A stretch of DNA of 64,000 nucleotides from Octopus sinensis. Taxonomy: Eukaryota. The DNA lies in assembly GCF_006345805.1 (NCBI RefSeq), contig NC_043000.1, positions 11,470,001 through 11,534,000 of the forward strand, read 5' to 3'. The notes beneath the pieces are model-generated. The model was not told the DNA's origin. It was given only the letters and a program-made list of their open reading frames with translations, and searched no databases. A program made the position numbers and the translations under genes. Shown in pieces: positions 35,594 through 49,235 of this stretch; the first letter of the stretch is position 1, and every line of letters starts with the position of its first letter.

Positions 35594-38370
35594 TTGGAAA
35601 ATTTTCACCGAAAACTTTACCCAAAAATTTTTCGAAACTTTTCACCAAAAAATTTTCGAAAATTTTCACCGAATATTTTCCCCAAAAATTTTTCGAATAT
35701 ATTCAGCGAATATTTTTCGAAAATTTTCAACAAAAATTTTAATCAAAAATTTACCGAAAATTTTACCCAAAAGTTTTTCGAAAATTTTTGCCGAAAATTT
35801 TCCCCAATAAGTTTCGAAAATTTTCAACGAAAATTTTAATCAAAAATTTTTCGAAAATTTTCACCGAAAATTTTACCCAAAAATTTTTCGAAAATTATCC
35901 GAATATTTTTCCTAAAATTTTTCGAAAATTTTCAACGAATATTTTAATCAAAAATTTTTCGAAAATTTTCCCCAAGAGTTTTTCACCGATTTTGGCACCG
36001 CTAGCCTTCCATACTTTGTGATTTTGGCATCGCTGGCCTTCAATACTTTGTGATTTTGGCACAGCTGGCTTTCCATACATTTTGATTTTGGCACCGCTGG
36101 CCTTCCATACTTTGTTACTTTGGCACCGCTGGCCTTCCATACTTTGTGATTTTCGCACCGCTGGCCTTGTGATTTTTCGAAAATTTTACCCTAAAAGTTT
36201 TCCAAAATTTTCACCGAAATTTTACCCATAAATTTTCGAAAATTTTACTCAAAAACTTTTCGAAAATTTTCACCGAAAATTTTCCCCAAAAATTTTTGGA
36301 AAATTTTACCAAAAACTTTACCCAAAAATTTTTCGAAACTTTTCGCCAAAAATTTTTCGAATATATTCACCGAATATTTTTCGAAAATTTTCCCCAAAAA
36401 TTTTTCGAAAATTATCCGAATATTTTTTCTAAAAATTTTTCGAAATTTTTCAACGCATATTTTAAATCAAAAATTTTTCGAAAATTTTCCCCAAAAATTT
36501 TTCGAAAATTTTCCCCAAAAGTTTTTCACCGATTTTGGCACCGCTAGCCTTCTATACTTTGTGATTTTGGCATCGCTGGCCTTCAATACTTTGTGATTTT
36601 GGCACCGCTGGCCTTCCATACTTTGTTACTTTGGCACCGCTGACCTTCCATACTTTGTGATTTTTGTTTGCACCGCTGGCCTTGTGATTTTTCGAAAATT
36701 TTACCCAAAAAGTTTTCCCAAATTTTCACCGAAAATTTTACCCATAAATTTTTCGAAAATTTTACTCAAAAACTTTTCGAAAATTTTCACCGAAAATTTT
36801 CCCCAAAAATTTTTGGAAAATTTTTACCAAAAACTTTACCCAAAAATTTTTCGAAACTTTTCGCCAAAAATTTTTCGAATATATTCACCGAATATTTTTC
36901 GAAAATTTTCAACGAAAATTTTTATCAAAAATTTACCGAAAATTTTACCCAAAAGTTTTTCGAAAATTTTCAACGAAAATTTTAATCAAAAATTTTCCGA
37001 AAATCTTACACGAAAGTTTTTCGAAAATTTTTGCCGAAAATTTTCCCCGAAAAATTTTCGAAAATTTTCACCGAAAATTTTCCCCAAAAATTTTTCGAAA
37101 ACTTTCACCGAAAATTTTCCCAAAAAGTTTTTCACCGATTTTGGCACCGCTTTGGCATCGCTGACCTTCAATACTTTGTGATTTTTGCACCGGTGGCCTT
37201 CCATACCTTTTGATTTTGGCACCGCTGGCCTTCCATACTTTGTTATTTTGGCACCGCTCGCCTTCCATACTTTGTGATTTTTCGAAAATTTTGCCCAAAA
37301 AGTTTTCCAAAATTTTCACCCATAAATTTTTCGAAAATTTTCAGAAAATTTTACTCAAAAACTTTTCGAAAATTTTCCCCAAAAACTTTTGGAAAATTTT
37401 TTTGTCGAAAATTTTCCTTTAAAAATTTTTCCCAAAAATATTTCGAAAATTTTCACCGAATATTTTACCCAAAAATTTTTCGAAAATTTTCAACGAAAAT
37501 TTTAATCAAAAATTTACCGAAAATTTTACACAAATGTCTTTCGAAAATTTTTGCCGAAAATTTTCCCCGAAAAATTTTCGAAAATTTAAATTTTCCCCAA
37601 AAATATTTCGAAAATTTTCGCCGAAAATTTTCCCCAAAAGTTTTTCGAATATATTCACCGAAAATTTTACCCAAAAGTTTTTCGAAAATTTTCCCCGAAA
37701 AATTTTCGAAAATTTTCACTCAAAAATATTTCAAAAATTTTCACCGAAAATTTTCCCCAAAAGTTTCGAAAATTTTAATCAAAAATTTTCTGAAAATTTT
37801 CACCGAAAATTTTCCCCAAAAATTTTTCGAAAGTTTTAAACCGGAAAACTTTACCCAAAAATTTTCCCCAAAAAATTTTCATAAATAGTCACCGAAAATT
37901 TTCCTCAAAAATTTGTGGAAAATTTTCACCGAAAACTTTACCCAAAAATTTTTCGAAACTTTTCACCAAAAAATTTTCGAAAATTTTCACCGAATATTTT
38001 CCCCAAAAATTTTTCGAAAATTTTCACCGAAGATTTTTCCTAAAAATTTTTCGAAAATTTTCAACGAATATTTTAATCAAAAATTTTCAGTGAAAATTTG
38101 GGAAAACTTTTTGGGTAAAATTTTCGAAAAATCACATAGCCAGCGGTGCGAAAATCACAAAGTATGGAAGGCCAGCGGTGCCAAAATCACAAAGTATGGA
38201 AGGCCAGCGGTGCCAAAATAACAAAGTATGGAAGGCCAGCGGTGCCAAAATCAAATGGTATGGAAGGCCAGCAGTGCTAAAATCACAAAGTATGGAAGGC
38301 CAGCGATGCCAAAATCACAAAGTATGGAAGGCTAGCGGTGCCAAAATCGGTGAAAAATTTTTGGGGAAAA
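35594..38370. repeat. Higher-order satellite: AT-rich CGAAAATTTT-type blocks alternating with 32-bp GC-richer repeats; last block inverted
   Basis: 32-mer tttgtgattttggcaccgctggccttccatac in blocks at about 35990, 36535 and 37140, and reversed at 38135-38350. Confidence 0.92.
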
Positions 38371-38714
38371 TTTTCGGTGGACTGTTCAATTCAGAAGAGT
38401 GATTGTTCGAATCCATTTCAGGGAACCGCTGTGATGAGTGGTTTTCTTTGAAAAGAAAGCAACAGTTGTACTGACGTATGATTTTTAGAAAAGAATATTG
38501 GCGGTGACTACCACTGTCACCAAGCTAGCTGATTAGCAGCTGCATCTTCTCAACAGTTAAAAATGTCGTTTCTAAACTAACTACAAATTTATAGTCTACG
38601 GGGGGAGAATTCATAGTGTTAGTAATGGCAACGGATTTAATTTCGCTCTTCATCATAAGCGAAATACTACACACAAGGAGAGCAGATATTGTTAATGCAG
38701 TATTAGTTATGCTG

Positions 38715-39040
38715 AGACCCCCTTCGGTCATGTCTGAGCATGGGATTGCATCTAGAAAGTTACCCTCCCAGGCACAGGTCCGGGCAAGGTTGTTTTATGG
38801 AAGACCAACAGTCGCCCATTCATACCGGCCTCCCCTCTCCAGGCCGCAAGTGTTATCCAAGGGAAAGGCAAAGGCTGATACAGCTTGGCACCTGAGCCGT
38901 CGTAACTCATTTCTATAGCTGAGTGAATTGGAACAACGTGAAATAAAGTGTCTTGCTCAAGAACACAACACGCAGCCCGGTCCGGGATTCGAACTCACAA
39001 CCTTACAGTCGTAAGTTCGACGCTCTAACCCCTGATCTAT
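38715..39040 (-). mobile_element. tRNA-derived SINE family 4
   Basis: Matches 51925-52265 and 61303-61590 (gtgttgtgttcttgagcaagacact central motif). Confidence 0.85.
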
Positions 39041-40130
39041 GCGCTTTCACGCAGTTTTAGGGATAATGAATAAATCAATGTTTATCAATTTATATGATCG
39101 TCTTTCAGGTTTCGGCAAATCCATTTTGCAAGAAATAAACTATTCTAGCGAATTGGTAGGTGGAACTTCCTCAAGAAACAACAATTTTAGTTTCTGCAAG
39201 AATTCTCCATGCAAATCAAATCTTTCGTTCAGAAGTACGAAATGCTATAATGTTATGCTTCTCTGAGAGACAAGGACTTCACTTTCTGGAACCTGGAATC
39301 AGACCAGCGTTCATATTCGTTGTGTTATCATGCTCCAAGTTACGGCGTTTCGTGTCCGAATACATCTGTGTAAATTTTATACATATATTATATATTGTGA
39401 AATTTGATTTAGAATTGCTAAATTGAATTTTTCCCTGTAAGTTTGGAATTATATTCCCTACTATTATATATATATATCATCTATTTATATTCTTATGTAA
39501 ATCTTTAAAAACAGCATGACCTAAAAAATAGCACGCCTAAATAACTACAGCTAATTACAAAGGTTTAAATGCTGAACTGAACTCTAACCTTCACGTTCCC
39601 GAAATAAAACATTTAATCTCACATTAGTATCCAAATGTAACCAACTAAAGCTAGTCACACATCTACCGGTCATCTAACAACTTCTATTGACCTATATTTT
39701 TGGTGATGACCCAAAAAGCAATCTCTGACACGAAGCTGATACACCTAAATAGACACACCTGATTACATATAATTTCTGAACAACACAGCCCCAAATGTAA
39801 TCAATAACGTCTTTCCATGATATCTTTCTGTCAAAATCTACCCTACAACCCAAATACTGTACAAAACGGCTCAGCTTATCCTAGGAAATTAACTCAACTG
39901 TACCACAGTCCTACAATGGCTTAGCTCCCCGAAACTTCGAAGTCGCAGTCAGTACTATTCTTGATAAAGTGTAATATATTTTGATATATTGAGGAATTCT
40001 TCAGTTTAATATGAAGTGGCTTTTATCATAACTTGTGCGTGTGCATAGTTAGAGATACTTTACACACACACACATATATATATATATACATACCTACATA
40101 CATGCATACATACATACATACATACATACT

Positions 40131-40216
<86 letters not shown>

Positions 40217-40602
40217 CATGCATACACACACACATACGCACATACATATATAAGTACGTGTATGAATACATAAGTATGCGGCCGTTTTGTTTTTCTTGAT
40301 GAAAAATGTGGCTATTTAAGCGCGTAAAATATTTACCCCACCAACAACCTTTGAGAGAATAGAAATCAATCGAAGTTGATTATCCATTGATTAGCCTCCA
40401 GTTTGCTTTTCACAAACAGGCAGCTGGTTGAATCGTTAGCGCACCGGGAAAAATACTTAGCATTTCATCCGTCTTTACATTCCGAGTTCAAATGCTGCCG
40501 AGGTCGACTTTGCCTTCCATCCTTTCGGGGCCGATAGAATAAACACCAGATGAACACAGGGGCCGAAATTGCTGTCTTTCCATCAAAATTCGAAACCAAC
40601 AT

Positions 40603-41080
<478 letters not shown>

Positions 41081-41425
41081 TTTCCATTTTATTCCCTCAA
41101 AATTAATTAACAGTTTCTGTCTCAACGTTTAAAAGAACAATCGGCTATTTCGTGCTTGAACTTGTTACTTCTCTAAATCAATAAGCATTTCCCCCCATGC
41201 CCACCCATTTTAATGTTCATTTTATTTGTGAGTTTATTAATGGCGTTTCAGATTTATCAATTTTGATCAATAAACCGCTAATGCTATATACGCAGATGCA
41301 TATATTTGCGTGTATGTGTGGGTGGGGTGAGAGTGTACATCAAAGGATGAAAAGTCTTTTCGGCCTTCTAAGCTCATAAGGCTTATTTCCTGGACTTTTC
41401 CCTATATATTTCCCCACTCCCTCTA

Positions 41426-41468
<43 letters not shown>

Positions 41469-41502
41469 CTATCTATCTATCTATCTTCTATCTATCTGTA
41501 TG

Positions 41503-41544
<42 letters not shown>

Positions 41545-41545
<1 letters not shown>

Positions 41546-41752
41546 GGTTCCGGGTTCAGTTCCACAGCGTGGTACCTTGGGCAAGTGTCTTCTACTATGG
41601 CCTTGGGCCGACCAAAACCTTGTGAGTTGTAGACAGAAACTGAAAGAAATCCGTCTTATATATGTATGTGTATATATATATATTTGTGTGTCTGTGTTTA
41701 TCCCCCCACCAACATCGCTTGACAACCGATGCTGGTGTGTTTACGTCCCCGT
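41545..41752 (+). mobile_element. SINE family 1, partial copy
   Basis: Starts catggttccgggttcag directly after (TA)n. Confidence 0.8.
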
Positions 41753-42739
41753 AATATATAAATATTAGGGATAAGTTCAAATATTAGGGACAATAAAATC
41801 TAGCGAATATATTGGTTTATTATCTATTACAAGAATTATTGAATATTTCAGCACAACTTTCTCTCACTCTTACTTCCTACTTCTGCCACAAAGGAACCAT
41901 GGTGTAACACACTATGGTGTGGTAAACTTTCAGACCCTAGTCTAGATTGCAAATCCTCTGTACCCCCAGGATGTTTCAGCTCTCCACTCGTTAAAAGCCA
42001 CCGTTTATGGAATGAGGATAACAACGTAGCTTTCGCGCCCGTGCAACCGCCAGTCTATCGAGTGTGGTGGGTGGATCTTCAAGTTGCCATACGCATTCTT
42101 AGTAGCTTAGATTAGGCTCAAATTAGAGATTATTCTTTGTGGCTAATGGTGTGAGTCCTGATTGGAAGAAGAAGAAGACAACAGCAACAGGAACAACAAC
42201 AACACTAGACTACCAAGATTCCACTCTCTTCTATTACAGTGACATACGCTTCTCTGAATTGCTGACTTTACCCCAAATCGTCTTTCATTTGTCCGTCATT
42301 TCAAAAATTTTTAGATTTTTAATTCTGCAATAATTGTTATTTTTCTTCGAGGTTGTTTCTTTTAACTAGTGACATGTGTAACGCATGGAGGATAGATAAA
42401 CATGAATCGAACCAACCTTAATATGTTATTAATACCCTTATCGATCGGAAGGAAATCTGTCATCAACAGTGAAGATTGTTTCCTAATCAAAATGGGAATC
42501 TGTAATGTTTAAACCTTTCTTGGAGGACATTATCAAATATTTACTTGAAACTATAATAAAAACTTAAACAAGCTTTTTATTCCTTCAAGGCCTTAACTCT
42601 CTACTTGCTATTATCGATCGTATTTCATGCAACAGCATGAAGTATGATTTATCGTCTTCAAAAGGCAAAACTTAAGAAGCCGATTGAAAGCTATTGATAT
42701 ATTGCAAGGTTAATATAAAATTGTTTTGTTCACCAAGCG

Positions 42740-42747
42740 TATAAATA
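42740..42747 (+). promoter_or_regulatory. Putative TATA box of gene B
   Basis: caagcgTATAAATAca inside the A/B-homologous upstream block. Confidence 0.45.
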
Positions 42748-43228
42748 CAAAGATCAATGGATAGAAGATTTCATTAACTGGAAAACTAACGAAGCTGAGA
42801 CTGAAACTCATAACTTATTTATAATCTTGAAGCAAAATATATTGGGGAGAAAAAAAACGACGATATAAGACCACAAATTTAAGACCGTGTTTAATGGAAA
42901 GTGAAATAACTTGGTGACAACTTCTAGAGTTAGAGAGGAAGAAATTCTAGTTGCGCAGCTTCTTTATAAGGGTGGGAAAAAAATCTGGAGATATAGTTTT
43001 AAGAACTTATCTTTTGGAACGAATGCAAGAAGAGATCAACTGTGAATATCCTAAGTTTTTTTTTTGAATTGTCAGAACGAAGACAATAGAAATAAATGAA
43101 AGAAAGCCTGTTTATCGAGACTAGAAAAAAAACATTAAAAGGCAGACGACATTGTTTCCAGTGAGACACGACTGCTTATTCATTTTATCGGTTGAAAGTG
43201 AAGTTTATTTAACAACTCTGAAACAGTC

Positions 43229-43241
43229 ATGAATCTTAAAG
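43229..43241 (+). CDS. Gene B exon 1, coding part (MNLKG)
   Basis: ATG AAT CTT AAA G|gtaagt. Confidence 0.65.
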
Positions 43242-43559
43242 GTAAGTGAATTAATGAGATTAGCAAAGAAAAGAGAGATAATTACTGAAATTGCTTTTTA
43301 TAATTCTATAATGTAAAATACTGTAGCTGACTTGTGCTTTCATTACATTTGGTTTACTGTTATAATTTCCCATTTCCAAAAGGAATAGAAAGGACGGGAG
43401 TAGATTTGTAGAAATCATGGGCTCAATGGTTATATTTAGGGTGGAGCATTTATTTCATGGATTTTTGATTTCGTGATGGAGGTAGGGCAAAAAGTTAATG
43501 GACATTAAAAATAACTGTTGTAAAGTCTTAGAACTCTGCGACAATATCTTCTGTCTCCA

Positions 43560-44097
43560 CAAATGCATAAGCGTCCCAAAGTCCATACCCTCTTCACCGT
43601 GGTGAGGACGCTGGCAACGGGTATTGTCAGGGCTATGCCGTCGGGAACTTCGGTTCCTGGTAGGGCCACCCAAGGCGGATTGGTCTGACACCGAAGGGTA
43701 TTAGAGCCACAACCGGCAGACGGGCTCTGGTGAAAACCTCGGAGTGGCAGACGGGGCTCTGGTGAAAATCCTCGGAGGGTCTGCTTCGGCAACTGGCGGT
43801 CTCGGTCATTCTGTCCCTGCGTAGCGGACAATCTGCGGCAAACAGGATGTCTCCACATGCGAGATTGTTGGGGACCGCTTGTGAAATCCACATATTCCCA
43901 TGAAACTTTTCCATGAATTCTCAATGGCGAATACAGTGGTCGGCCTGCGCCGATGGAACCGTGACTGGCTCGCTATCTCCAGTGAAACTGGCGCAGGACT
44001 GTCGTGCGTGGGCTGCCATGGTTCGAGAAGCCTCGAGGGTGGTAGAAGAAGCACTCAACCCGCCAGGGTGAAGTCGCCACAAGTACAAGTACAAGTA
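43560..44097. mobile_element. Rearranged LINE: plus-strand 3' end with (CAAGTA)3 tail joined to an inverted 5'-UTR-like segment
   Basis: Plus-strand 43900-44097 reads GLRRWNRDWLAISSE..WAAMVRE, then caagtacaagtacaagta. Minus-strand 43560-43900 resembles RTE 5' UTRs (ccctaccaggaaccgaagttcccgacggcatagc). Confidence 0.5.
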
Positions 44098-44099
44098 AC

Positions 44100-45160
44100 C
44101 CTCCAAAGTATCCTAGCTGTCCCTAATAACAATGTTTTCTGGAGCTGTACTAAAACTGGGTTTTATGCCTATTTCCTCTATTCATCTGTCCGGATATTTA
44201 GGAATAGTTCCCAATGCACTATTGGGATACATTTTGCCCGCACTTCCATAGACTCTGTAATTGAATGGCTAGATCCTGGAACTTCACCATTGTTTCTATA
44301 CCTCTCATATTGATTTTTCTATCATTTGATACTGTAGTGTCAATTATCTGCCACTTTCTATTCTCTTTATCTCTAACTACTAAATCAGGCCTCCTAGCTT
44401 CTATTACTCTGTCAATCTCAACGCTAAAGTCCCACAACAACTTGTATTTCTTACTTTTAGTACTTTACTAGGTTCATGCTCATACCATTTATTATTATGT
44501 TCAAATCCTAGCTTTCGACATAACTCCCAGCGGATTACTCTCCCTAGGTTGTCATGTCTTTTCTTGTATTCTTTTGTGCCAGCATACTACATTCACTTAC
44601 TATATGGGTAAAACTTTTCTGTTTTGATTTGCACAACCTACATTGGTAATCTACTTGGCTTTTGTCTATCTTGGCATTTATCCAATTAGTCCTTGATGCT
44701 TGAGCTTGTGCTGCTACTAACAAACTTTCTGTCTCCCTTTTCAGCTTTCTTTCTGCAACCATAGCCAGGTCTCACTACTACTTTCTGCTGCGAAAACTTT
44801 AGAAATCTACCACGCAACGCTTTCTCCTGCCAAGTCAGATAACTTTTGTGTGTTTTTTCTAGTTTTTAACTTCGTTTGGGTTTTTGGTTTCTCTATCTCT
44901 GCTGTCGCTCTAGCAGCTTTCAATAAACTTTCTTTACTATTACCTAAATAGTAGTCTCTATCTACTCTAGTTAACTCACGCAATCTTTTACTGATATTAA
45001 CCCTCTTCTTCCTTCTTTCTTAGTAAGTATAATCTTGCCACTTCTGCCTTGGGTGGAGTCCTCCATTCATATTGAATTCCTTCCTAGTTCTTTGACTAGC
45101 TTTGGTAATTCAGTTTTGTCCAATCTACAAAAGCTGCTGAAAGTATTGATACTGACCAAC
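44100..45160 (-). mobile_element. R4/Dong-clade (RLE-type) LINE C-terminal remnant
   Basis: LKRETESLLVAAQ, CRLC..HIVSEC knuckle, LWDF..DRVIEARRPDLVVRDKE..IID restriction-like endonuclease; stops and frameshifts. Confidence 0.8.
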
Positions 45161-45892
45161 TATTTACAGCTTCACTAGCATTCCGTGATGACATTTCGGA
45201 CAACTGCTTATGTGATTTGGGTGATATGTCAATGTTCAATTATTTCAAGATTTCTTACCAATAGAGAAAGAGTCGGTTTCCAACCTAGATCCAAGGCTCC
45301 TTCACTGAAATTTCAAAACATCAACAAAAGGGTATTTTTGTATTATGTATATGTGCAGATTTGAATTTTTGCTTTATGTATGCCTTCTATGCATATAGTT
45401 GTATATCTAGACATGCTCAAATATATTTAAATGATAAACTTCTGGAAAGTTTTACAGATTTTTACAGTTCCAGCGATGGATTGGTGTGTGTATTTGAATT
45501 AGCTTTACTGAAATTTCAAACATCAACAAAGGGTATTTTTGTATGTATGTATATGTGCAGATTTGAATTTTGTGATTTATGTATGCCTTATATGCATATA
45601 GTTGTATAGTTGGTCGTAGACATGCTCATATATTTAAATGATAAACTTCTGGAGTTTAAGTTTTACAGATTTTTACAGTTCCAGCGATGGATTGGATGTG
45701 TAGTCTTTGAATTAGCTTTCTCATTTCTGGTTCTGAGAAGCCCAATTTCTCAAGAGTGGGTATTTAGGCAGTGTGGTTGTACATATTCCAGGACCCCAAT
45801 AATTACAGGTACAATCTGTACTTGTAATCTGGCAAGAGTAAACTCAGATTTCTCAATAGTTCAGCGTAGATATTCTTCTTTTCATGCATGTT

Positions 45893-46580
45893 TGTATGTA
45901 TGTATGTATGTATGTATGTATGTATGTATGTATGTATGTATGTATGTATGTATGCATGTATGTATGTATGCATGTATGCATGTATGTGTGTGTGTGTATC
46001 TATGTATGTGTGTGTGTATGTATGTATGTATGTATGTATGTATGCATGTATGTATGATGCATGTATGCATGTTATGTGTGTGTATGTATGTATGCACGCA
46101 GCATGATGGTATGTATGTATGTATGTATGTATGTATGCATGTATGCATGTAGTGTGTGTGTATGTATGTATGTATGTATGTATGTATGTATTATGTATGT
46201 ATGTATGTAAGTATGTTTGTATGTATGTATGCGTATGTGTATGTATGTAAGTATGTATGCATGTATGCATGTATGTATGTGTGTATGTATGTATTCTGTA
46301 TGTAGTATGTGTGTGTGTGTATGGTAGTATGTATGTTGTATGTATGTGTGTGTATGTATGTATGCATGTATGTATGTATGTATGTATGTATGTATGTATG
46401 TATTATTATATATTATGTTGTATGTATGTATGTATGTATGTATGTGAGTATGTATCATGTATGTGTGAGTGTATGTATGTAAAGTATGTATGTATGTAGT
46501 ATGTATGTATGTATGTAGTATGTATGATGTAGTGTGAGTGTAGTATGTATGTATGTATGTATGTATGTATGTATGTATGT
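45893..46580. repeat. (TATG)n degenerate array directly before gene B exon 2
   Basis: Directly visible. Confidence 0.95.
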
Positions 46581-46606
46581 ATTATTGTATATTTTTCATC
46601 TTTCAG

Positions 46607-46925
46607 GAATGGAAACATCAATTCAATATCATTTGATTCTCATATTGCTGCCAGCTTTGACTCTTTTTGTGACATCTATAGCAGCAAAATCAGAATGTAC
46701 CCGAGTCTTCAGGTGAGATAACTGCCAAAAAAATGCTTATTGTTCAGAATAAAAAAACTGATAACGCATCGTCTGCTGAAGACTGTGCAAGTCGGTGCAT
46801 TTTATTCAATAAGTGCGAATATTTTAGCTATTGCAATGGCTTATGTGATATGCAGCATCCTTTACGAGGAGAAATTCAAGATTACGATTGCAGCTGTTCA
46901 TCGTACATTTTGCTCTCTGGAAACG
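46607..46925 (+). CDS. Gene B exon 2: signal peptide + PAN/apple domain, with +1 frameshift
   Basis: tttcag|GA ATG GAA ACA ... GGA AAC G|gtacgt. ORFs 46534-46716 and 46733-46933 are the two halves (DCASRCILFNKCEYFSYCNGLC). Confidence 0.85.
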
Positions 46926-47032
46926 GTACGTAAATCACAATTTTCTTTTATGTTTTTTTGTAATTTTTAGCGCCATTAACTCTGTTATACTCACTACACA
47001 CACGCGCACACGCGCACATTCTTTTTTCTTTT

Positions 47033-47439
47033 ATTCTTTACTTGTTTCAGTCATTTGACTGCGGCCCATGCTGGAGCACCGAATTTAGTCGAGCAAATCG
47101 ACCCAGGACTTATTCTTTGTAAGCCAGAGTACTTTTCTATCGGTCTCTTTTTGCCGAACCGCTAACTTACGGGGACCGTAAACACACCAGCATCAGTTGT
47201 CAAGCGATGTTGGGGGGATAAACACAGGCACACACACACACACACACACACACACAACATACATATACATATAAACAGCGGGCTTCTTTTCAGTTTCGTA
47301 TCTACCCAATCCACTCACAAGGCTTTGGTTGGCCCGAGGCTATAGTAGAAGACACTTGCCCAAGGTGCCACACGGTGGGACTGAACCCCGGAACCATGTA
47401 GTTCGTAAGCAAGCTACTTACCACACAGCCCACTCCTCC
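47033..47439 (-). mobile_element. SINE family 1 copy
   Basis: Reverse-complement match. Confidence 0.88.
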
Positions 47440-47984
47440 ATATGTATGTATGTATGCATATATGCATGTATGTATGTATTATGTATGTATGTATGTATGC
47501 ATGCATGCATGCATGCATGCATGTATGTATGTATGTATGTAGTATGTATGTATGTATGTATGTATGTATGTGTAATGTATGTATGTATGATGTTCTCACT
47601 GTCCTGTTCTTGTTACCACTTTCAACCTCCGCAAAATATCCCAAATTGATTTAATTTGCTTTGCGGGAAGGATTGTTTCAACGAAGTCACGTTATGTCCT
47701 TACCTTCGTAACGCGTAGTATATGAAACAGGGACAACTGATGAAGGGGAATATTTTTTATGTTGCATGTCTCGTTTCTCTGTTTTTTCTCCCCCCAAAAA
47801 AGTTCGTTTTCTATGTTGTTATTTTTATGTTTCGTTTCTCATTGTGTTCAACGTTTTTGATGTCCTGTACCCATATGTGCATGTATATATACATATATAT
47901 GTAGGTATGCACATATATGTATATATATATGTATATATTTATATATTATTTATATTTTTATAAATATCTATCTATCTATCTCTA

Positions 47985-48039
<55 letters not shown>

Positions 48040-48117
48040 TGTTTTAGCTTTCATATGACGCCACTTCACTGGCTAAGCAAGCCTACCCTAACCCTACCCT
48101 AACCCTCCCTAACCCCT

Positions 48118-48173
<56 letters not shown>

Positions 48174-48282
48174 TAATCCAAACAAGAAAACAAAAAGACA
48201 ACAACGCAAGGATGTGGAACAAATAAAGTATTATTGGACGCTTAGGAAAGAAGGGAAGGAGGGTTTGACGTTTCGAGCGGTG

Positions 48283-48374
<92 letters not shown>

Positions 48375-48690
48375 CACCGTCATCGTCACCGTGACCGACC
48401 AGGCTATCAGATGTTGCTACATATCGCTGGTCACAATGCACTTTGCATTGTTTTAGCCTTCATATGACGCCACCCCGCTGGCTAAGTGAGGCAGGCCAAC
48501 AGAGAAAGAGTGAGAGAAAGTTGTGGTGAAAGAGTACAGCAGGTATCGCCAGCCCATCCCTGCCGGCGACTCGTGGAGCTGTAGGTATTTCGCTCAATAA
48601 ACACTTACAACGCCCGGTCTGGGAATCGAAACCGCGATCCTCCGACCGCGAGTCCGCTGTCCCAACCACTGGGCCATTGCGCCTCCACAC
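48375..48690 (-). mobile_element. SINE family 3 copy
   Basis: Reverse complement of 17431-17735. Confidence 0.85.
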
Positions 48691-48879
48691 ACACACATAT
48701 ATAGATATATATATGTTGCCCTGCTTGCTTAGCCAGTGAAGTGGTGTCATATGAAAGCTAAAACAATGCGAAAGCGCATTGTGACCAGCGATGTGTTGTA
48801 GCAAATCTGATAGCCTGGTCGGTCACAGTGATCACGGTAAATATATATATATCACGGTGATATATATATATATATGTGC

Positions 48880-49235
48880 GCTGAGGCTGACCAAAGAATT
48901 TTATTTTTAGATATATCTGGGGTACTTATATGTACTCATGATTTTTGCTTCGGCTTTTTTCCATGGGCGCATGTAAGTTCTTACTTATATCCTTTTGTAT
49001 GTTCTACTGAAGAGGAAAGAATATTTTATGAGATTAATTCCGAAATTGATTCAATATAGAAATAACGAACTTTTTTAAAAAAATTCTATCGACCGGCTTC
49101 CCCAATTTCAGTTCTTCGTGTTTTTTTTTTGTAGCGAGTAAATAATATGTGGAAATTGACGATTTAAAAGTCTGTTATCAGCATATTAGCATTGAAATAA
49201 TTTTCTTTAGCCCTCATTTATAAGTTGTTATATAT
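48880..49235 (+). mobile_element. Short non-coding hammerhead-bearing repeat flanked by (TA)n
   Basis: Inverted homolog at about 35265-35575; no ORF. Confidence 0.6.
49002..49061 (+). ncRNA. Canonical type I hammerhead ribozyme motif
   Basis: UUCUA-CUGAAGA-GGAA..UUCC-GAA-AUUGA U UCAAU-A-UAGAA; all core positions intact. Confidence 0.82.

Noticed and set aside
35990-38350. 32-bp repeats as a CRISPR array
   Set aside because: Units are head-to-tail without unique spacers, there are no cas genes, and the context is eukaryotic.
39098-39266. Exon-like segment after tctttcag (GFGKSILQ...FCKNSPCK)
   Set aside because: No recognisable domain, ends in a stop, and has no partner exons.
48055-48115. 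cctaaccctaccctaaccct as a telomeric tract
   Set aside because: Three or four imperfect units attached to a SINE fragment.
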